Shown piece by piece: positions 40,621-55,443 of a stretch of 64,000 nt of DNA. The translations under genes and the position numbers were made by a program. The notes below the pieces were generated by a model that saw only the letters and a list, made by a program, of their open reading frames with translations, searched no databases and had not been told where the DNA came from. Position 1 is the first letter of the stretch; each line of letters starts with the position of its first letter. The stretch lies in NCBI RefSeq assembly GCF_009914755.1, contig NC_060938.1; one strand, written 5' to 3'. The stretch comes from the human T2T-CHM13v2.0 reference genome, Homo sapiens.

Positions 40621-41039
40621 TACATTACACCAAACTTTGACAAGTTTGTTCAAGTACCTTCATTATACATTGCAATTCTTTAAGAAGAGAGTTTTACAAA
40701 AAACTTAACGAGCGATTTTAATTTTCCCTCTGGTTTTCAGTTTGTCTTTTATCTGTTTAATTAAATCTGGAAAGAAAACTTAACCAAATACATTTTCAGA
40801 AAATTAGTGAACTTTATCAGAGTTATTTATTAGAACCTTTTTCCTCCCTTTTATTTCAACTGCTCAGCTAAAAAGAGTTAAGATGGGAGCTCTAAATAGT
40901 CACAGCCAACTCCATTGCACATTTGCTTTAATTTACACAGTGACACATGCAGATCTTAAGAGCATAATTGAATGAGTTTTGACACATATGGGCAACCATG
41001 TAACCAAGGCTCAACTGTGCTAAATGATCTCCAAAGAAC

Positions 41040-41440
41040 TGCCAATAGACCCTCCTTTCCCATATGTGACTGCTGCTCCTCCCATCAAGAGATGAAGTCT
41101 ACTTCCCAATCTATGTGGCAGAATTAAGACTTTGCTAGTTTCAGACCTAGCCCTTAAGAAGCCTGCTTCTGTACCCGAATCCTGTAAAAAAAAAACAGGA
41201 CAAACAACAGGAGGAGAGAGCCCACATACAGGAGTGCCATTGCCAATGGCCAACAAAAATGGCAGACCGGTGTGTGGAGCCTTCTTGGCCACTGCCACCT
41301 TAGCCATGTTCCTGGCTGAAGGCGGCTCACAGGGGACCAAAGAACCACCCAACCGAGCCCTGCACAAGTGGTTGAATTACACGGATGTCTCTTATTCTTG
41401 TGGTGGTTTGTTCCACAGCAAAACGTAACTGATACACCAG
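41040..41440 (+). mobile_element. MLT1-family LTR fragment nested in L1M
   Basis: gctgctcctcccatcaagag...gacctagcccttaagaagcctg...agaaccacccaaccgagccc. Confidence 0.6.
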
Positions 41441-41619
41441 GAAAGATCCATAATATTTTTATCACCACAGAGCATTACCTTATGATCACCTGTAGTCAAT
41501 CCTGCACTACACGCACGGGTAAACACTGCTTTTATTTCCATGCCGGTAGTTTAGTTGAATCTATTTAACTTACAGGAAGGAAACGATACAACGTTCACTC
41601 TTTTGTATCTGGCTTATTC

Positions 41620-42080
41620 TTTTATATATATATATATATATATACTTTAAGTTCTGGGTTACATGTGCAGAACATGCAGGTTTGTTACATAGGTATACAC
41701 GTCCCATAGTGGTTTGTTGCACCCATCAACCTGTCGTCTACATTAGGTATTTCTCCTAATGCTATCTCTCCCCTAACCCCCACCCACCCACAGGTCCTGG
41801 TGTGTAATGTTCCCCTCCCTGTTCAACTCCCACTTATGTTCCCATTGTTCAACTCCCACTTATGAGTGAGAACATGCAGTGTTTGGTTTTCTGTTCTTGT
41901 GTTAGTTTGCTGAGAATGATGGTTTCCAGCTTCATCCATGTCCCCACAAAGAACATGAACTCATACTTTTCTATTCCTGCATAGTATTCTATGGTGTATA
42001 TGTGCCACATTTTCTTTATCTAGTCTGTCATTGATGGGCATTTGGGTTGGTTCCAAGTCTTTGCTATTGTGAACAGTGCC
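41620..42080 (-). mobile_element. L1PA (PA7/8-like) 3' end with (TA)n tail
   Basis: tatactttaagttctgggttacatgtgcagaacatgcaggtttg...gctattgtgaacagtgc. Confidence 0.93.
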
Positions 42081-42476
42081 ACGTCTTTCACTGAACATTA
42101 ATGTTTCTGATATTCATCCATGTGGGTATTTATTAGTTTGTTACTTTTCATTGTCGTATAGTATTCTGAGAGTATATCAAAATCTGTTTATGTGTTTTCC
42201 TGACAGTAAACTTCTGGATCACTTTTTGTTTTTGGCTGTGATCAATAAAACTGCTTTGAAAATTCTGGTACGCATCATTTTGTGGAGATATGTTGTCATT
42301 TCTCTCCTATAAATCCCTAGAAAGAGTGGGGACATTCATAGTATGGCTGAATGTTTAATTTTCAGTGAAATGGAACAGTTTCCCCAAATGGTTGTACCAT
42401 TTTACATTACCCCCCAAGATGTATGAGGCCCAGTTGTTACACATCCTCAGCAGTATTTGAAATTGTTAGTATTTGA

Positions 42477-42967
<491 letters not shown>

Positions 42968-43255
42968 TGAATACTTTTTTTGTCAGATATATGTATTGAA
43001 AATGCTTTTTCCCCCTTAGTCTGTGGCTTGCCTTTTTATTTTCTTACTGGTGTCTATTGATGTCTTGGAAAGAATTTGATGAGGTCAAATTTGTTGATTT
43101 TATTGTCTTTCATTTAGTGCTTTTTGTTTCCTAAGAAATAGGGTCACAAAGTTGTTCTTTTGTTTTCTTCTAGAATCTTTGGAGTTTTACCTTACATTTA
43201 GTTCTGCAGTTTATCTCAAAACATTTTTTGTGTGATATAAGGTAAAGTTAAATTA

Positions 43256-43304
<49 letters not shown>
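43256..43304. repeat. (TG)n microsatellite, about 24 units with one interruption
   Basis: Direct read; Z-DNA-capable and probably polymorphic. Confidence 0.95.
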
Positions 43305-43307
<3 letters not shown>

Positions 43308-43604
43308 ATAGTTGTTCCAGGGTCAATCGTTGAAAAGACTATTTATTGAAAAGACTTTCCTTTTCCCATGATATTGCATGGCGACTTTGCCAAAAATTAA
43401 TAGATCATATGTTTGTGAGTCTGTTCCTGAATTTTCCATTCCATTCTATTAATAAGTTTTTCTATTCTCACTCCAATACTACACTATTTATGATATTATT
43501 GTTTAGGAACACTTTAAAACAAATAGTGTAAGTTTTCCAATTTTGTGTTTTTCTTTAAAGATCTTTTACATTTCATTATAAATTTTAGAATCAGATGGTC
43601 AATT

Positions 43605-43931
<327 letters not shown>

Positions 43932-46900
43932 TAAATCCTTCTAGAATTCTGATTGACATTTTATTCTATCTAAGATCTAATCCTGAAGGGAATTGCCACA
44001 TACATGGATTTTCCCATTCAGGAACATAGTAAATATCTCCATTTATTTATATCTATAAAAGCATCTTTTAGCAATGTTTGCTAATTTTAAGAAGACAGGT
44101 CTTGTACATCATTGGAAAATATATATTAAGTATTTTGCAACTTTTAACAGTATTATAAATAGTGACTTTTAAGTATCATTGTCTATTATTTCTATTAAGA
44201 ATGCACTGTACATAAGAATTCTGGTACATAGAAATTCTTTATTCTTTTTTTTTTTAATTTTGTATTCCAGTCTTGTATTCTGCAACCTTGCTAAACTTAC
44301 TTATTGGTTTAAGAGTTTCTAAGATTATTTATGTGAATAATCAAATCATCCCTGGATAAAGACAATTTCATTTCTTTTGTGCCAATCTTAACACCACTTT
44401 TTAAATTTTCTGGCCTAGCACTTGCAAAGATCAACAGTATAATGTGAAAAGAAGTACTGAAAATGGGCATCTTGCTGTGTTGCCAATCTTTGTGGCAAAG
44501 TGAACAATAATTTCTCATTAATTAAGAATTGTCTGTAGGATTTTTCCCGATCACTTTTGTCAGATTGAGGAAGTTTCCTTATACTTCTAGTTTGTTGATA
44601 GATTACAATTTTCAAAAAATCATGAGTTTCTTTTTAATTAGATTTTTTTATGCATATATTAAGATGATCAAATAAAACTTCATTTTTTGACTGTTAACGT
44701 GGGATATTTTACTAATTGATTTTCAAATGTTAAACCAACAGTGCATTCTTAAAATAAATCCTTGCTCATATTACATTATATTATTAATATATTGCTGCAT
44801 TTGATTGATTTACAAAAACAAACCCAGAAAAATGTCAAAGTGATATTATTTGTGGATCTATGTTTATAAAAGTTATTGACATTTTATCGGTAATGTCTTT
44901 GTGTGATTTTTGATCTGATAAAATAAATTTGGAAATATTTTCTTCTCCTATTTTCTGAGACAGTATGTGTTGAGAAAGTATGTATAGAGTTGTTATTAAT
45001 TATTATTTGATTATTGGTAAAATTTACCAATGAAGAAATATGGACGTAGAATTTTCTGTGTATAAAATTTTGAAAATCTTAATTCGATTTATGTAATATA
45101 TGCAGGGATACATATATTTCCTATTCCTTCTTTTGTAAGGAATGCTTTAGTAGTTTGTGTCTTTCAAAATCTTTGTCTGTTTCTTCTAAGTTGTCATATT
45201 TGTTGTAATGAAGTTATTTATTACATTTTCTTACTGTACTGTCCTCTGGATATCTGTAGGACTGCAGATTTTTTAAGAATATATCCCCTTTTATTTCTAA
45301 TATTGGTAATCTATTCTCTCTCTCTCTCTATCTTCCTCTCTCTCTATTAGTCTGGTTACAGATTTTTTTAAAGCACCAGCTTTTAGTTACATTGAATTTT
45401 ACTATTGTTTTCTATTTCTATTGAGGTGATTTCCCCCTTCGTTGTTAAATGTCACTTCTTACTTTGTGTTTAGTTTCTCTTCTCATTCTAATTTTTTACA
45501 GAAGTTTAGACCACTGATTTTGCAACGCTCTTTTTTTAATATAGAAATTTGACTGTATAAATTTTCCTCTAAGCACTATGTTAGCTGCATCTCACATATT
45601 TTTATTTAACTTTTTATTTTCAGTTGTTTTCCTCTTTTATTTTCATTTATTTTCCTCTTTTTATTTTAAATCTGTTGTTGTTTTTATATTTGAAAGGTTA
45701 TTTTTGTAAATAACATATAGTTGGTTCTAGCTTTTTTTATTCATTATGAGAATGTCTGCCTTATATTTGGCATATTTAGACCATTTATAAGTAATGTAAT
45801 TATCAATATGGTTAGATTTAAATATTCTGTCTTGGTATTTGTTTTCTATTTGTCCCAAGTGCTCTTTCTCTTTATCTGCCCTTTGCTTTCTTTTGAATTA
45901 ACTAAGCATTTGTTATGATTCCATGTTTTCTTAAGTTAAAGCTTTTGGATCTACCTCTTTATTTTACTGTTTCATTATTTTAATTATTGTAATTAACTTA
46001 TCCCATTCTATTTTTAAATATTATATCAATTCAAATATAAAGTAAGCCTCTTACAGTGGCATTCTTTCAATTCCTTTTCACACAATTTATGCTGTTGTTA
46101 TCATACATTTTATTCTATTCTACTTGTGTTATAGATATCACTATATATATATATGGCATCAGCCATTTGATTATTTATTGAAAATTATTAAAAATTGAAA
46201 AAAGTCATATATATATCTGACTTTATGTATATATACTACTGCTTCTGGCACTCATCCTTTATTTAAATCTGAATTTTCACCTGATATTATTTTTCTGCTT
46301 TCTGAAGAGCTTCCTTGAGCACTTTTTCTTAGGTGAGATTTCTGGTGATAAATTTTCTCACATTTTTAAAAATATAAAAATTTTAATTATATCTTTACTT
46401 TTGAAGGATAGTTTTGCTGATAAAATTATGAATTGAAAGATTTTTTTCAGCATTTAAAAGATGTTATTTCATTGACTCCTAACCCTCATATTTAATAAAA
46501 AAATCCATTATAATTATTTTATTTATTCCTCTATATATAGCATGTATTTTACTCTGAATACTTTAATGATTTTTTCCTTTATTTATTGTTTGCATTAGTT
46601 TGACTATGATGGCTATATAATTTTATCTCCTTGTGATTTCCTGGGGTTCTTGAACCTGTACATGAATATTTGTCTCCAAATTTGAACATTTTTCTCCAAA
46701 TTTGAACATTTCTGGCCATTGTGTTTTCATTTATTTTTTCACCCCATCTTCTCTTTTCTGTCCTTCTAAAAGTTTAATTATATGCATATTAGACTGCTTC
46801 AAACTGTGCAATATGTCACCATGGTTCTGAGTAATTTATTTTAAATTTTATTTCTTCTCTGGGTTTTGCATTAAATAATTTGTATTGATCTAGTTACTGA

Positions 46901-48270
46901 TCCTGTCTCCTGCTGTATTCAATCTTTTAAGCATATTACTGTACTATTCACTTTATATATTGTATTTTTTTCTCAGTTGTAAAATTTTCATCAGGTTCTC
47001 TTTTGTAGCTTTTATCTGTCTCCTGAGAGTGCTCAATGTTTGCTGGTTCACTTTTTTCAGTAATTTATTTTCCAAAGTTATAATAGCTTTATTTATTGAA
47101 GTTATGTTTTACAAATTCTAACACCTGAGTCAGCTGCCAGTCTGCTTCTTTTGACTATATTTTCTCTTGATTACAAGCCACATTTTTCTACTTTTTGGTG
47201 TGTTTAGAGAATTTTTATTGTATACTAGATACCATGGATTTATATGGATACTCTGGATTTTGTTATCATCCTCAAAATAATATTGAGGTTTTTGTTTGTT
47301 TTTTTCTGACAGGCAATGAAATTACTAGATCACCTGACCCTGTAGTAGCTTGGATTTATACCTTTCTAGGACCAGTTTACTTTGGTTTTTCACTTAGTTC
47401 TTGCTCTTATGACATAGAATTTCTGTGTTTTCAATGAGAAATCAAATGTTTTATGAAATTCCTCTAATCTGGTGGGACGTTAACTCTAAATTGCACCTCC
47501 CTACTGGTGGCCAACTCTAACACTACTCAGTTCCTTAGACCTCAAATACTGGCTTCCACCAAACTTCTTGGTGTCCCTTAATGTCTGTCATACACACCAA
47601 TGCTGGAATTGTGAGTATAAGTGTGAGGTAATTAAAATGAGTTTTAGATGGGACTTTCCTTCCTAGGAGAAAATATTTCATTAATTTAAGTAAAAATAAA
47701 AAGAAAAAAAAGATGGCAATGATCTTGGGAAGAGATGACCTTCACTGCAAATGGTCATGACTCTATGTTCTAATTCCACTTTTTACTTTGATTCAGTCCA
47801 ACTCTCTAGGCAACAGACTTACACAAGGAGAGCAATTTAAACACCAGAGATCTTCAAGACAATCTCAAGACAACTCACATGGATTACTAAGGAAGGGAGC
47901 TTCTGCAATTGCCTAGCCCACTGTGTCTTCTGAGCAGGGCTGCTTACTGATTATCCAATGTTGGTATCCGACAACTGTGATGCAGTGATCCTACTAACCT
48001 TGGCAAATCATCAGATAGAACTTTGTAGAAAACAGGCTCAGCCTTACCCTTATGATTCCATTTCACCATGCTAGGCAGCTTTGGGAGCCTAGGGTAAACT
48101 GATAATCTCGGCTAGGAAAATTCTTAGGTACCTTTATTTATACAGGTTTTGTAGTTATTACAAATTACATTCATTATTAGTTGTGTAGTTATTCAGTGTT
48201 ATCATTTTCCATGTGCCATGCAACCCTCTAATATTTTATATCTTGCTTGTATTCATTCTGTTAGTCTACT

Positions 48271-48660
48271 TGTCTTAGGTCATTTATGCTGCGATGACAG
48301 AGGTCCTGAGGTTAGGTAATTTATAAAAAACAGAAATTTCGTTCTCACAGTTCTAGAGCCTAGGAAATCCAGGGTCAAGGTGTGTTCAGGTCTGGTGTCT
48401 GACAAGGGCCTGGTTTCCACATTTGAGGTGGTTCTCTGAATGGTACATCCTCCAGAGGGAAGAAATGCTGTTCCTCCTATGGCAGAAGAGCAGAAGAGAG
48501 CAAATTACCAGAAGTCTTTTTATAGCCATACGAATCCATCATTAGGACAAAACCCTTCTGACCTACAGACTTCCCACTAAGTTCTATATTCCAGCACTGT
48601 TGCTTTGGGAATTAAGTTTCAACATGAGTTTTGGAGGGGACAAGAACACTCAAACTGCTC
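48271..48660 (-). mobile_element. MST-family (MSTC/D-like) MaLR LTR
   Basis: tgtcttaggtcatttatgctgc...ttctcacagttctag...catcctccagaggga...tttcaacatgagttttggagggg. Confidence 0.8.
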
Positions 48661-50049
48661 TGCTCTAACCATCCCATAGGTTAGGTTTGTGATATCAGTC
48701 TTATAACAGAAGGAACTGAAGACTATGATTAAGCCTATGAAACAGTATTGAGACTCAAGTTTGGGTGAGTTTGGTAGGAAATATGGTTGTCAATCACGGA
48801 ATGCACTGATAATAGTGGGAGTTAAGGCATTAGGTCTGAAATATTCCCTCTGGGTGGTGACTGGCTTTGGATATAGGCATCCTGATGGGAGCAGAGTTTT
48901 TCCATGGGACTTTTCAGAATCTTGTCCTGATTATCTGGGGTTCCAGACATCTTCCTGGCTCCTTTCAGATCTCTATCTGGAGAACACAGGCCCCTGCAAT
49001 CCTAATCACAGGTGGCGACTCTTCCCAAAACAGCCAAATCACCTTAAGGCTTGACTTTGAGCTTTGAGTAAGACATGCTATTCAGACCCTTGCCAGTCCT
49101 ATTCACCGCCCTGATTAGGCTTATGTGGGAATTCCCATGTATTCACATCCTTTGAAACACTTCCCCTAAGGCCTGGCACTATATAGTCCAGAAGGTTCCC
49201 TCACTCCCAATCCTGGCCTATACTGAATCCTAGCCTATGATACTCAGCTAATAATGACATCACAGCATAAAGGAATAGGCAAGCTTGTCCCATAGAGAAG
49301 AGGAAAACTTTCCTCTCTTTTAAAATATTACTATTCTCTAGCACTAAGTGGTCCAACTTCAGAATAAAATCATAAATCTGGAAGCTTCTTTAAAAGTCAG
49401 ATATGGAAACTCTATTACATTTAACTTTTTGTTGAATGGCTTCAGCTATTTTCTTCCTCTAATATCTGGGGTTCAGCCAACCATAGGACACTTGTTCTGT
49501 GTTCATTAGTAAATTAATATATCTGGAAGCAAAGATGGTCTCTGGAAGAAGCAGATTCACTTTTCTTCAGATTTAATAAAATTATGTTTGGGGAAGACTG
49601 TTGATGTCCAAGAATCCTTATGAGTCTTTTAAAGACATTGTTTCTTCTCACAAATGAGACCTTGCTGATGCCAGGAAGTAATGAACTGGAAAACCACATG
49701 GTGACAGTCGGTTCTTAACTTGGCCCACATGTGTTAGGCTGGCTGGGGAAGAAGCTCGTGACGTCCTTACTTCTTATTTTCCTTTCTTTTCTGTTTTTTT
49801 TTTTTCCCTTTTCCTTCCATTTCCTCTCTTGCTTCTACCACCTCCTTCCTTTATCTCTTATGCTATAAATATAGGCTTTATTTACAGGCTTTAAATACAG
49901 GCTTGGTATTTACATGTACCAAGGAATAGACTTGGTACATGCTACTTAGTTGTGTGGCCAATTTGTATCATGTAAGCAGAATATCTTATCCCACTGAGTA
50001 TCAGTTTTCTTATCTGTGACATGGTAATGAGACATCCATTCCTCACTTG

Positions 50050-50540
50050 CTTCTTCCTAGAAGAATCTGTCTTCCATTTTCACGAGGCCAACTCTCCCCC
50101 ATTCAGCTCTTAGGAGTCAGGTGAGTGGACAACATCCTCAGATCTAAGAATGAGACTTTGAATGGTCCAAGTCAATAATGGTCATCCCTTCTCTCTGAAG
50201 GGTGAGGGGTTCAGAAACCCAGGCTTGCACCTGTCAGAGCTTGAGGCTACGTGTAGGTTGGCTGTGAATGGGGGAGCAGCCTTCTCACTCTGGCCCTCTG
50301 GAAACATGCTGCCTGGGAGCTTCTAGAATCCATCATACAAGTACAGAGATAGCCACCCTGAGGATGAAGCTGTCACCAAAAGGAGGCAAAAGAATTGGAA
50401 AGAAGTGGAGCTTTATTGCTTAACCTGCTGTATAGACACTGTTAACTTGGACTTCCTGTTATGTGAGACAAATTTCTTTATTCTTTAAGAGAGTTTGCAG
50501 GGTATTTTTTTTTGCTTCTTCTATTTAAAAATATCCTAAA
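50050..50540 (+). mobile_element. MLT1K/L-like LTR (degenerate)
   Basis: cctgaggatgaagctgtcacc...tggacttcctgttatgtgagacaaatttc. Confidence 0.55.
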
Positions 50541-51033
50541 CATAGAAATATGAAAATCAGATATGATAAATAACAGCCACACAATTAATAGTGTTTGCTA
50601 AGTCCTCAAAAGAAGTCATTTAATTTTCTTTCCTCTGTTTTGCTTTACTTTTTTATTGATTCTTTCCTCTTCTCTCTGCAACCCAAACACATCTTGATGT
50701 TACCAGGCCTGAAAACTCAGAGAAACCATGATGACGCTCTTAAAATTTATCAGTTTCCAAGAAACAAGAGAATCTCTCGAGTCTCTGAAGGCAAAGAGGG
50801 TCTGGTGTAAGAATACACATGTACAAAAAAGAAAACTTACATTCTCAGCCACTTGTCCAGGTTCTAGAAGGTTTCAAAAATAGTGGGAAAAAGAGGAATC
50901 ACAATATAGCTGGGCCTCATGATCCAGTGCTTCCCCAGAGACTAAGCATTCTCTCTATGCCTCAGCAGAAGGAACTTGTACACCAAGACTCTATGGGACC
51001 TAACAATTATCTTTCTGCAAGCCTTCCCTGTGC

Positions 51034-51144
51034 CAGTTACCTCTATCTCAGCCTCTCTAATTCTAATCCAAACCCAAAAATTTGACAAGCACTAGTTGCC
51101 TCTATGCCAGCCTCTCCAATTCTAATCCAAACCTAAAAAGTTGA
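51034..51144. repeat. 59-bp tandem duplication (about 1.9 copies)
   Basis: agttacctctatctcagcctctctaattctaatccaaacccaaaaatttga and agttgcctctatgccagcctctccaattctaatccaaacctaaaaagttga. Confidence 0.9.
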
Positions 51145-51294
51145 TGGGTACATGATTGCATGATTGCAGGTAGGCCAAACTCTTAGGTCACCAGTCACCC
51201 AAAGATTGTCTGGAAGGAACAAGCCACTATTCCCTCTTGAGTCCATCTTTGTCCTGAGTTCCTGGGTCACATAGGATAGGGCACAATATCTATC

Positions 51295-51750
51295 TATATT
51301 CATTCAATCAACTGTCATTCATCAATCATTAAGCACTTCCCCAGTACTAGGTACTGCTCCAAAAGTAGGTCATGAGTAAAATAATTAAAGATCTTTCCAT
51401 GTAGTAGTTACTGTGAAATGATGGGGATGGGGAGAAATATATATAAATCAAGTTGTAAGCAGAGAAATGCATTCCAGGATAAGAGAGTAAAGGTGATATT
51501 CTGTGTGTCCAGAGGGATTACTTGGCACAAGGCTGGCAGGGAACCCCACTGTGGACTCATCAAGATCTCTGTGCAGTGGGGAAGCAAAGGACATGAATAT
51601 TGGAAGGCAGAGTGTTCCAGGCAAAGGGAATCTCTGGGCCAAATGTCCTGAGTCAGGAATGTGCTTGGTCGGTTGGAGGAAGATTCCAGAGGCCAACTGT
51701 GGTTACAGTAATGTGAGAACAGTCAGTGTGGTTAAAATAAATGGAGAGCG
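51295..51750 (-). mobile_element. L2 fragment
   Basis: attcattcaatc...cattaagcactt...gcagagtgttccaggcaaagggaa...ggaatgtgcttgg. Confidence 0.65.
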
Positions 51751-52245
51751 GGAGACAAGGGGCAATGGTGAAAGCAGTGCTGAGCCCTTTCCTCTGTTGT
51801 GGCTCTAAAGGATGGCGATTTTTCATCTGGGCACATGGGGGGTAGGGGGAGTGGTGACAAGCTATGTGGACAGCCTGGGAATGGAAATTCTTGTCTTGGG
51901 CTTCCAAGTTCCACAGAGTGGAGTCACTTGCCCCATTTCTTCCCACTAGACCCCCTTGGTGGAGTGAGGACTTTCTCCTGCAGCTCCTCATACTTTCCTA
52001 CTGCTTTTCTCCTCTCATCCCACCCTTTCCTTCAGAGACATCTCACTCTGCTGCTGGGGTGGAGTCTCCTAGGGCTCCTGAAGGGTCAGCATGAGCAGGA
52101 CACGCCTCTTGCACCAAAACATGGGTGTGTGGCCTTGATCCAGATATCATCTCACAGCTTTGATTATCATTCAATATACAGGGTGTGCTCAGGACATCCT
52201 GGTGATGGGAAGTGCAGCATCTCTATCTTCAACTTACAGAGACAT

Positions 52246-52514
52246 ACCCCTAAATGTACTAAACATCATAGCATAGCCTAGCCTAACTTAAACATGATCA
52301 GAACGCTTAGCCTGCAGTTGGGCAAAATCATCTAGCACAAGGCCTATTTTTGTAAAACAGTGTTGAATAGCTCATGCAATTTATTGAATACTGTACTGAA
52401 AGTAAAAAGCAGAATGATTGTATAGGCGCTCTAGGTAGGGTTCTTACTGAATGAGTATCACTTTCACACTATTGTAAAGTTGAAAATAAAAATCCTAAAG
52501 TCGTGGATCCTTTG
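52246..52514 (+). mobile_element. MER47A (TcMar-Tigger)
   Basis: aacatcatagcatagcctagccta...cagttgggcaaaatcatcta...tttattgaatactgtactgaaagt. Confidence 0.88.
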
Positions 52515-52710
52515 TCCCATGCTTGGCTTTCAGCTGAGCTCCTTGTCAGCTCTTGCAGCCCCAGGATCCTGAAAATTGAAGAAGCGTTTCCCCTCTGCCC
52601 AATGACATAGATCTTTCTTTGGAATCTTGGCTAGGTTGAATCCACTATGAGTTCAAATTTTTATTAGGTTCCTATGGTATACAATAATAATTTTTAAAAT
52701 GTGGCCTTTG

Positions 52711-53021
52711 GGCCAGGCACGGTGGCTCATGCCTGTAATCCCAACACTTTGGGAGGCCGAGGTGGGTGGATCATGAGGTGAGGTGTTTGAGACCAGCTTG
52801 GCCGACATGGCGAAACCACATCTCTACTAAAAAAAAAATACAAAAATTAGCCGGGAATGGTGACACACGCCTGTAATCCCAGCTACTCAGGAGGCTGAGG
52901 CAGAGAATTGCTTGAACCCGGAAAGTGGAGGTTTCAGTGAGCCGAGATCACACTATCACACTGCACTCCAGCCTGAGTGACAGAACGAGACTCTGTCTCA
53001 GAAAAAAAAAAAAAAAAAAAA
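52711..53021 (+). mobile_element. AluS
   Basis: Full dimeric Alu with A tail. Confidence 0.95.
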
Positions 53022-53475
53022 GTGATATTTGTCCCTAGTTCCTGATCCTGAGCTTTTAAAACACTTGCAATCTCCTGAGTGAAAACAGTGTCTTTTGTCA
53101 GCTAATGAGATGACTCCTGACAGTGGACAAAGCCTTAGATAGCTTCAGGTTAGGGGTAGGTGGCCAAAAGACCAAGGCACAATTAGAGAGTAAGAACTTT
53201 TAGCTCCATCTTCTGCCCTCCCAAGGAGAGAAGCTGGAGATGGAGTTTAATCACGAATGGCCAATGATTGAATCAATCATGTCTATGTATTGTGATCTTC
53301 CTAAAACCCCCTAAAGGAGAAGGTTCCAGGAGCCTCCGATCAGTGACCACATCACTGTGCGGGGAGAGTGGGCAGCAGGTGAAAACACGGAAGGTCTGTG
53401 CACACACTCACCTCCACGATACCTTGTCCTGTGCTTCTCTTCCATCTGGCTCTTTCTGCCTTGTATCCTTCATAA

Positions 53476-53613
53476 TAAAGACTGTACCAACAGGAGCTTC
53501 TCCTTGAGTATTTCCCAAATCACTTAGGCTGTGGATCAATGAATTCTCTTAAGCACTCAAAGACCGAGCCTAAATAGGAGCTTAGCAGGAATCTGTGTTA
53601 ATCATTAAAGTGG
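53476..53613 (+). repeat. Dispersed direct duplication, copy A (of 55297-55443)
   Basis: Shared aacaggagcttctcc..gagta..cccaaatc..ttagg..tgtggatca..tgaat and ggagcttagcaggaatctgtgttaat. Confidence 0.92.
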
Positions 53614-54170
53614 TGTTCTGAGTTCTGTGAGTCATTCTAGTGAATTATCAAACCTGAAGAGGAGGAGTCTTGGGAACCCTTGAATTTGTACTTGGTTGAG
53701 CAGAAATGTGAATCATCTGGGGATCCCACTTGCACTGGCATCTGAAATTGGGGCATCCTTATGGGATTGAGCCCTTCACCTGTGGGGGCTGTGCCAATTC
53801 CAGGTAGTTGGTGCTGAGATTGAATTGAATTTCTGAGTGCCCAGTTGTTAAATAATTGGAGAATTGGTTATTGATATTGGGGAAAACCCACACAAGTTTC
53901 AAAGAGGAGCTTATTAGCTCAATGTTCTTAGTTTTCTCCATGAAAGACTTAGGGCCAATTCTTGGAAGTCCAGTAGGAAGGTAGAACAGAGCTATTTTCT
54001 AAGGAAACTCTATGTCCAGAATCAAAGGCTGAGCAAAGTGGGTCGGTGGCCAGGGTTGGCTTCTGAGAAGCTCAGCCTGGCTTAGAATGTTGGTATTAGG
54101 CTCCACACAGCCAGGAGCTAAATGAGCCAGAATGGAGATTGCACCAAAGGTCATAGAAAGTGCTAAATAT

Positions 54171-54448
<278 letters not shown>

Positions 54449-55296
54449 TCAGAACCTGTGAAAGCAAGCACCAACCTGTATACCCATAGGGCCATAAGTG
54501 GTTGCTTAATCCAAGGGGTCAGAATCTAGGCCAGGCTCAGCACCACTGGGAACTGGGTAAGGGGGACACAGGGCAATGGCTCCTAATGACCTGGAGTCAT
54601 CATTTGCCTCTTATCTGTGAATTAAGGCAACTGACATGCAACCCCACTTAGGGAAACAGGGTCCTCAGATATGTCACCTTGAGTCCCACTCCACAGGAAT
54701 AGAATTCTGACATGCAGAGAATCAGGGATGTAGGGAAGTAGAAGCCCAAGTATACCACCAGACAGAAGTCCTAGATTTCCCATATGATACAGAAAAGCAG
54801 TTGTTCCTGTTCTCTGAATTAGGTAGACCAAACTGTACACAATTCACCCAACTCTGAGGGCCATTGCCATGACTGCATTGGGGTGTATTACTCAGGAGGA
54901 GATCTGCGCTGCTTCTCGTGTCCTATAACATAGAGTCTGTTGCGCTGGGGCAGCTCAGAAAACAGAAGGCAGAAAGACTCTACTTTAGCTTGCAAGGAAT
55001 ATCAGCATTGTGGCTAAGCTTATGCTAGAACCAAGCCAGCTAAGGTCAAATGCTATCTCTGCTACTTCCTAGCTATCTGATTCATGTTCTAAATTAACAG
55101 GAACACCTACCTGCTAAGAGGCTGCCTCACCATTATTTAGTGAGTCTTTGTTGGTCAGCTAGAAATGAAGCCAGGCTATCAGGGTAAAGAAGCCCTCTTC
55201 TTGATTTCTGGTATCAGTTTCAACGCTGTGTGTTAATCCATATGTTTGCACAGCCTGCTCCCTCCTCACCCCACTCCTCAAGTTATGTTTAACTCA

Positions 55297-55443
55297 TAAA
55301 GGACTGTTCAAACAGGAGCTTCTCCCTGAGTACTACCCAAATCCCTTAGGATGTGGATCAGTGAATGACCAAGCCTAAGAAAAAGGAGCTTAGCAGGAAT
55401 CTGTGTTAATAAACAGGACAGAGAGTATATACATCTAAAGTGG
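55297..55443 (+). repeat. Dispersed direct duplication, copy B (probable source)
   Basis: Matches 53476-53613. Confidence 0.92.

Larger units (their letters stand above)
52673..53895 (+). mobile_element. MER21-family ERVL LTR, interrupted by an Alu and a templated insert
   Basis: gctaatgagatgactc, ttagatagcttcagg, aatggccaatgattgaatcaatcatg, ctgagttctgtgagtcattctag, ggaaaacccacac. Confidence 0.88.

Noticed and set aside
46672-46712. 20-bp tandem duplication (also 45625-45668 and 42452-42480)
   Set aside because: Ordinary slippage duplications inside degenerate L1.
51799-52281. 160-aa ORF in mostly unique sequence
   Set aside because: Non-ATG start, no recognisable domain, and it ends inside MER47A.
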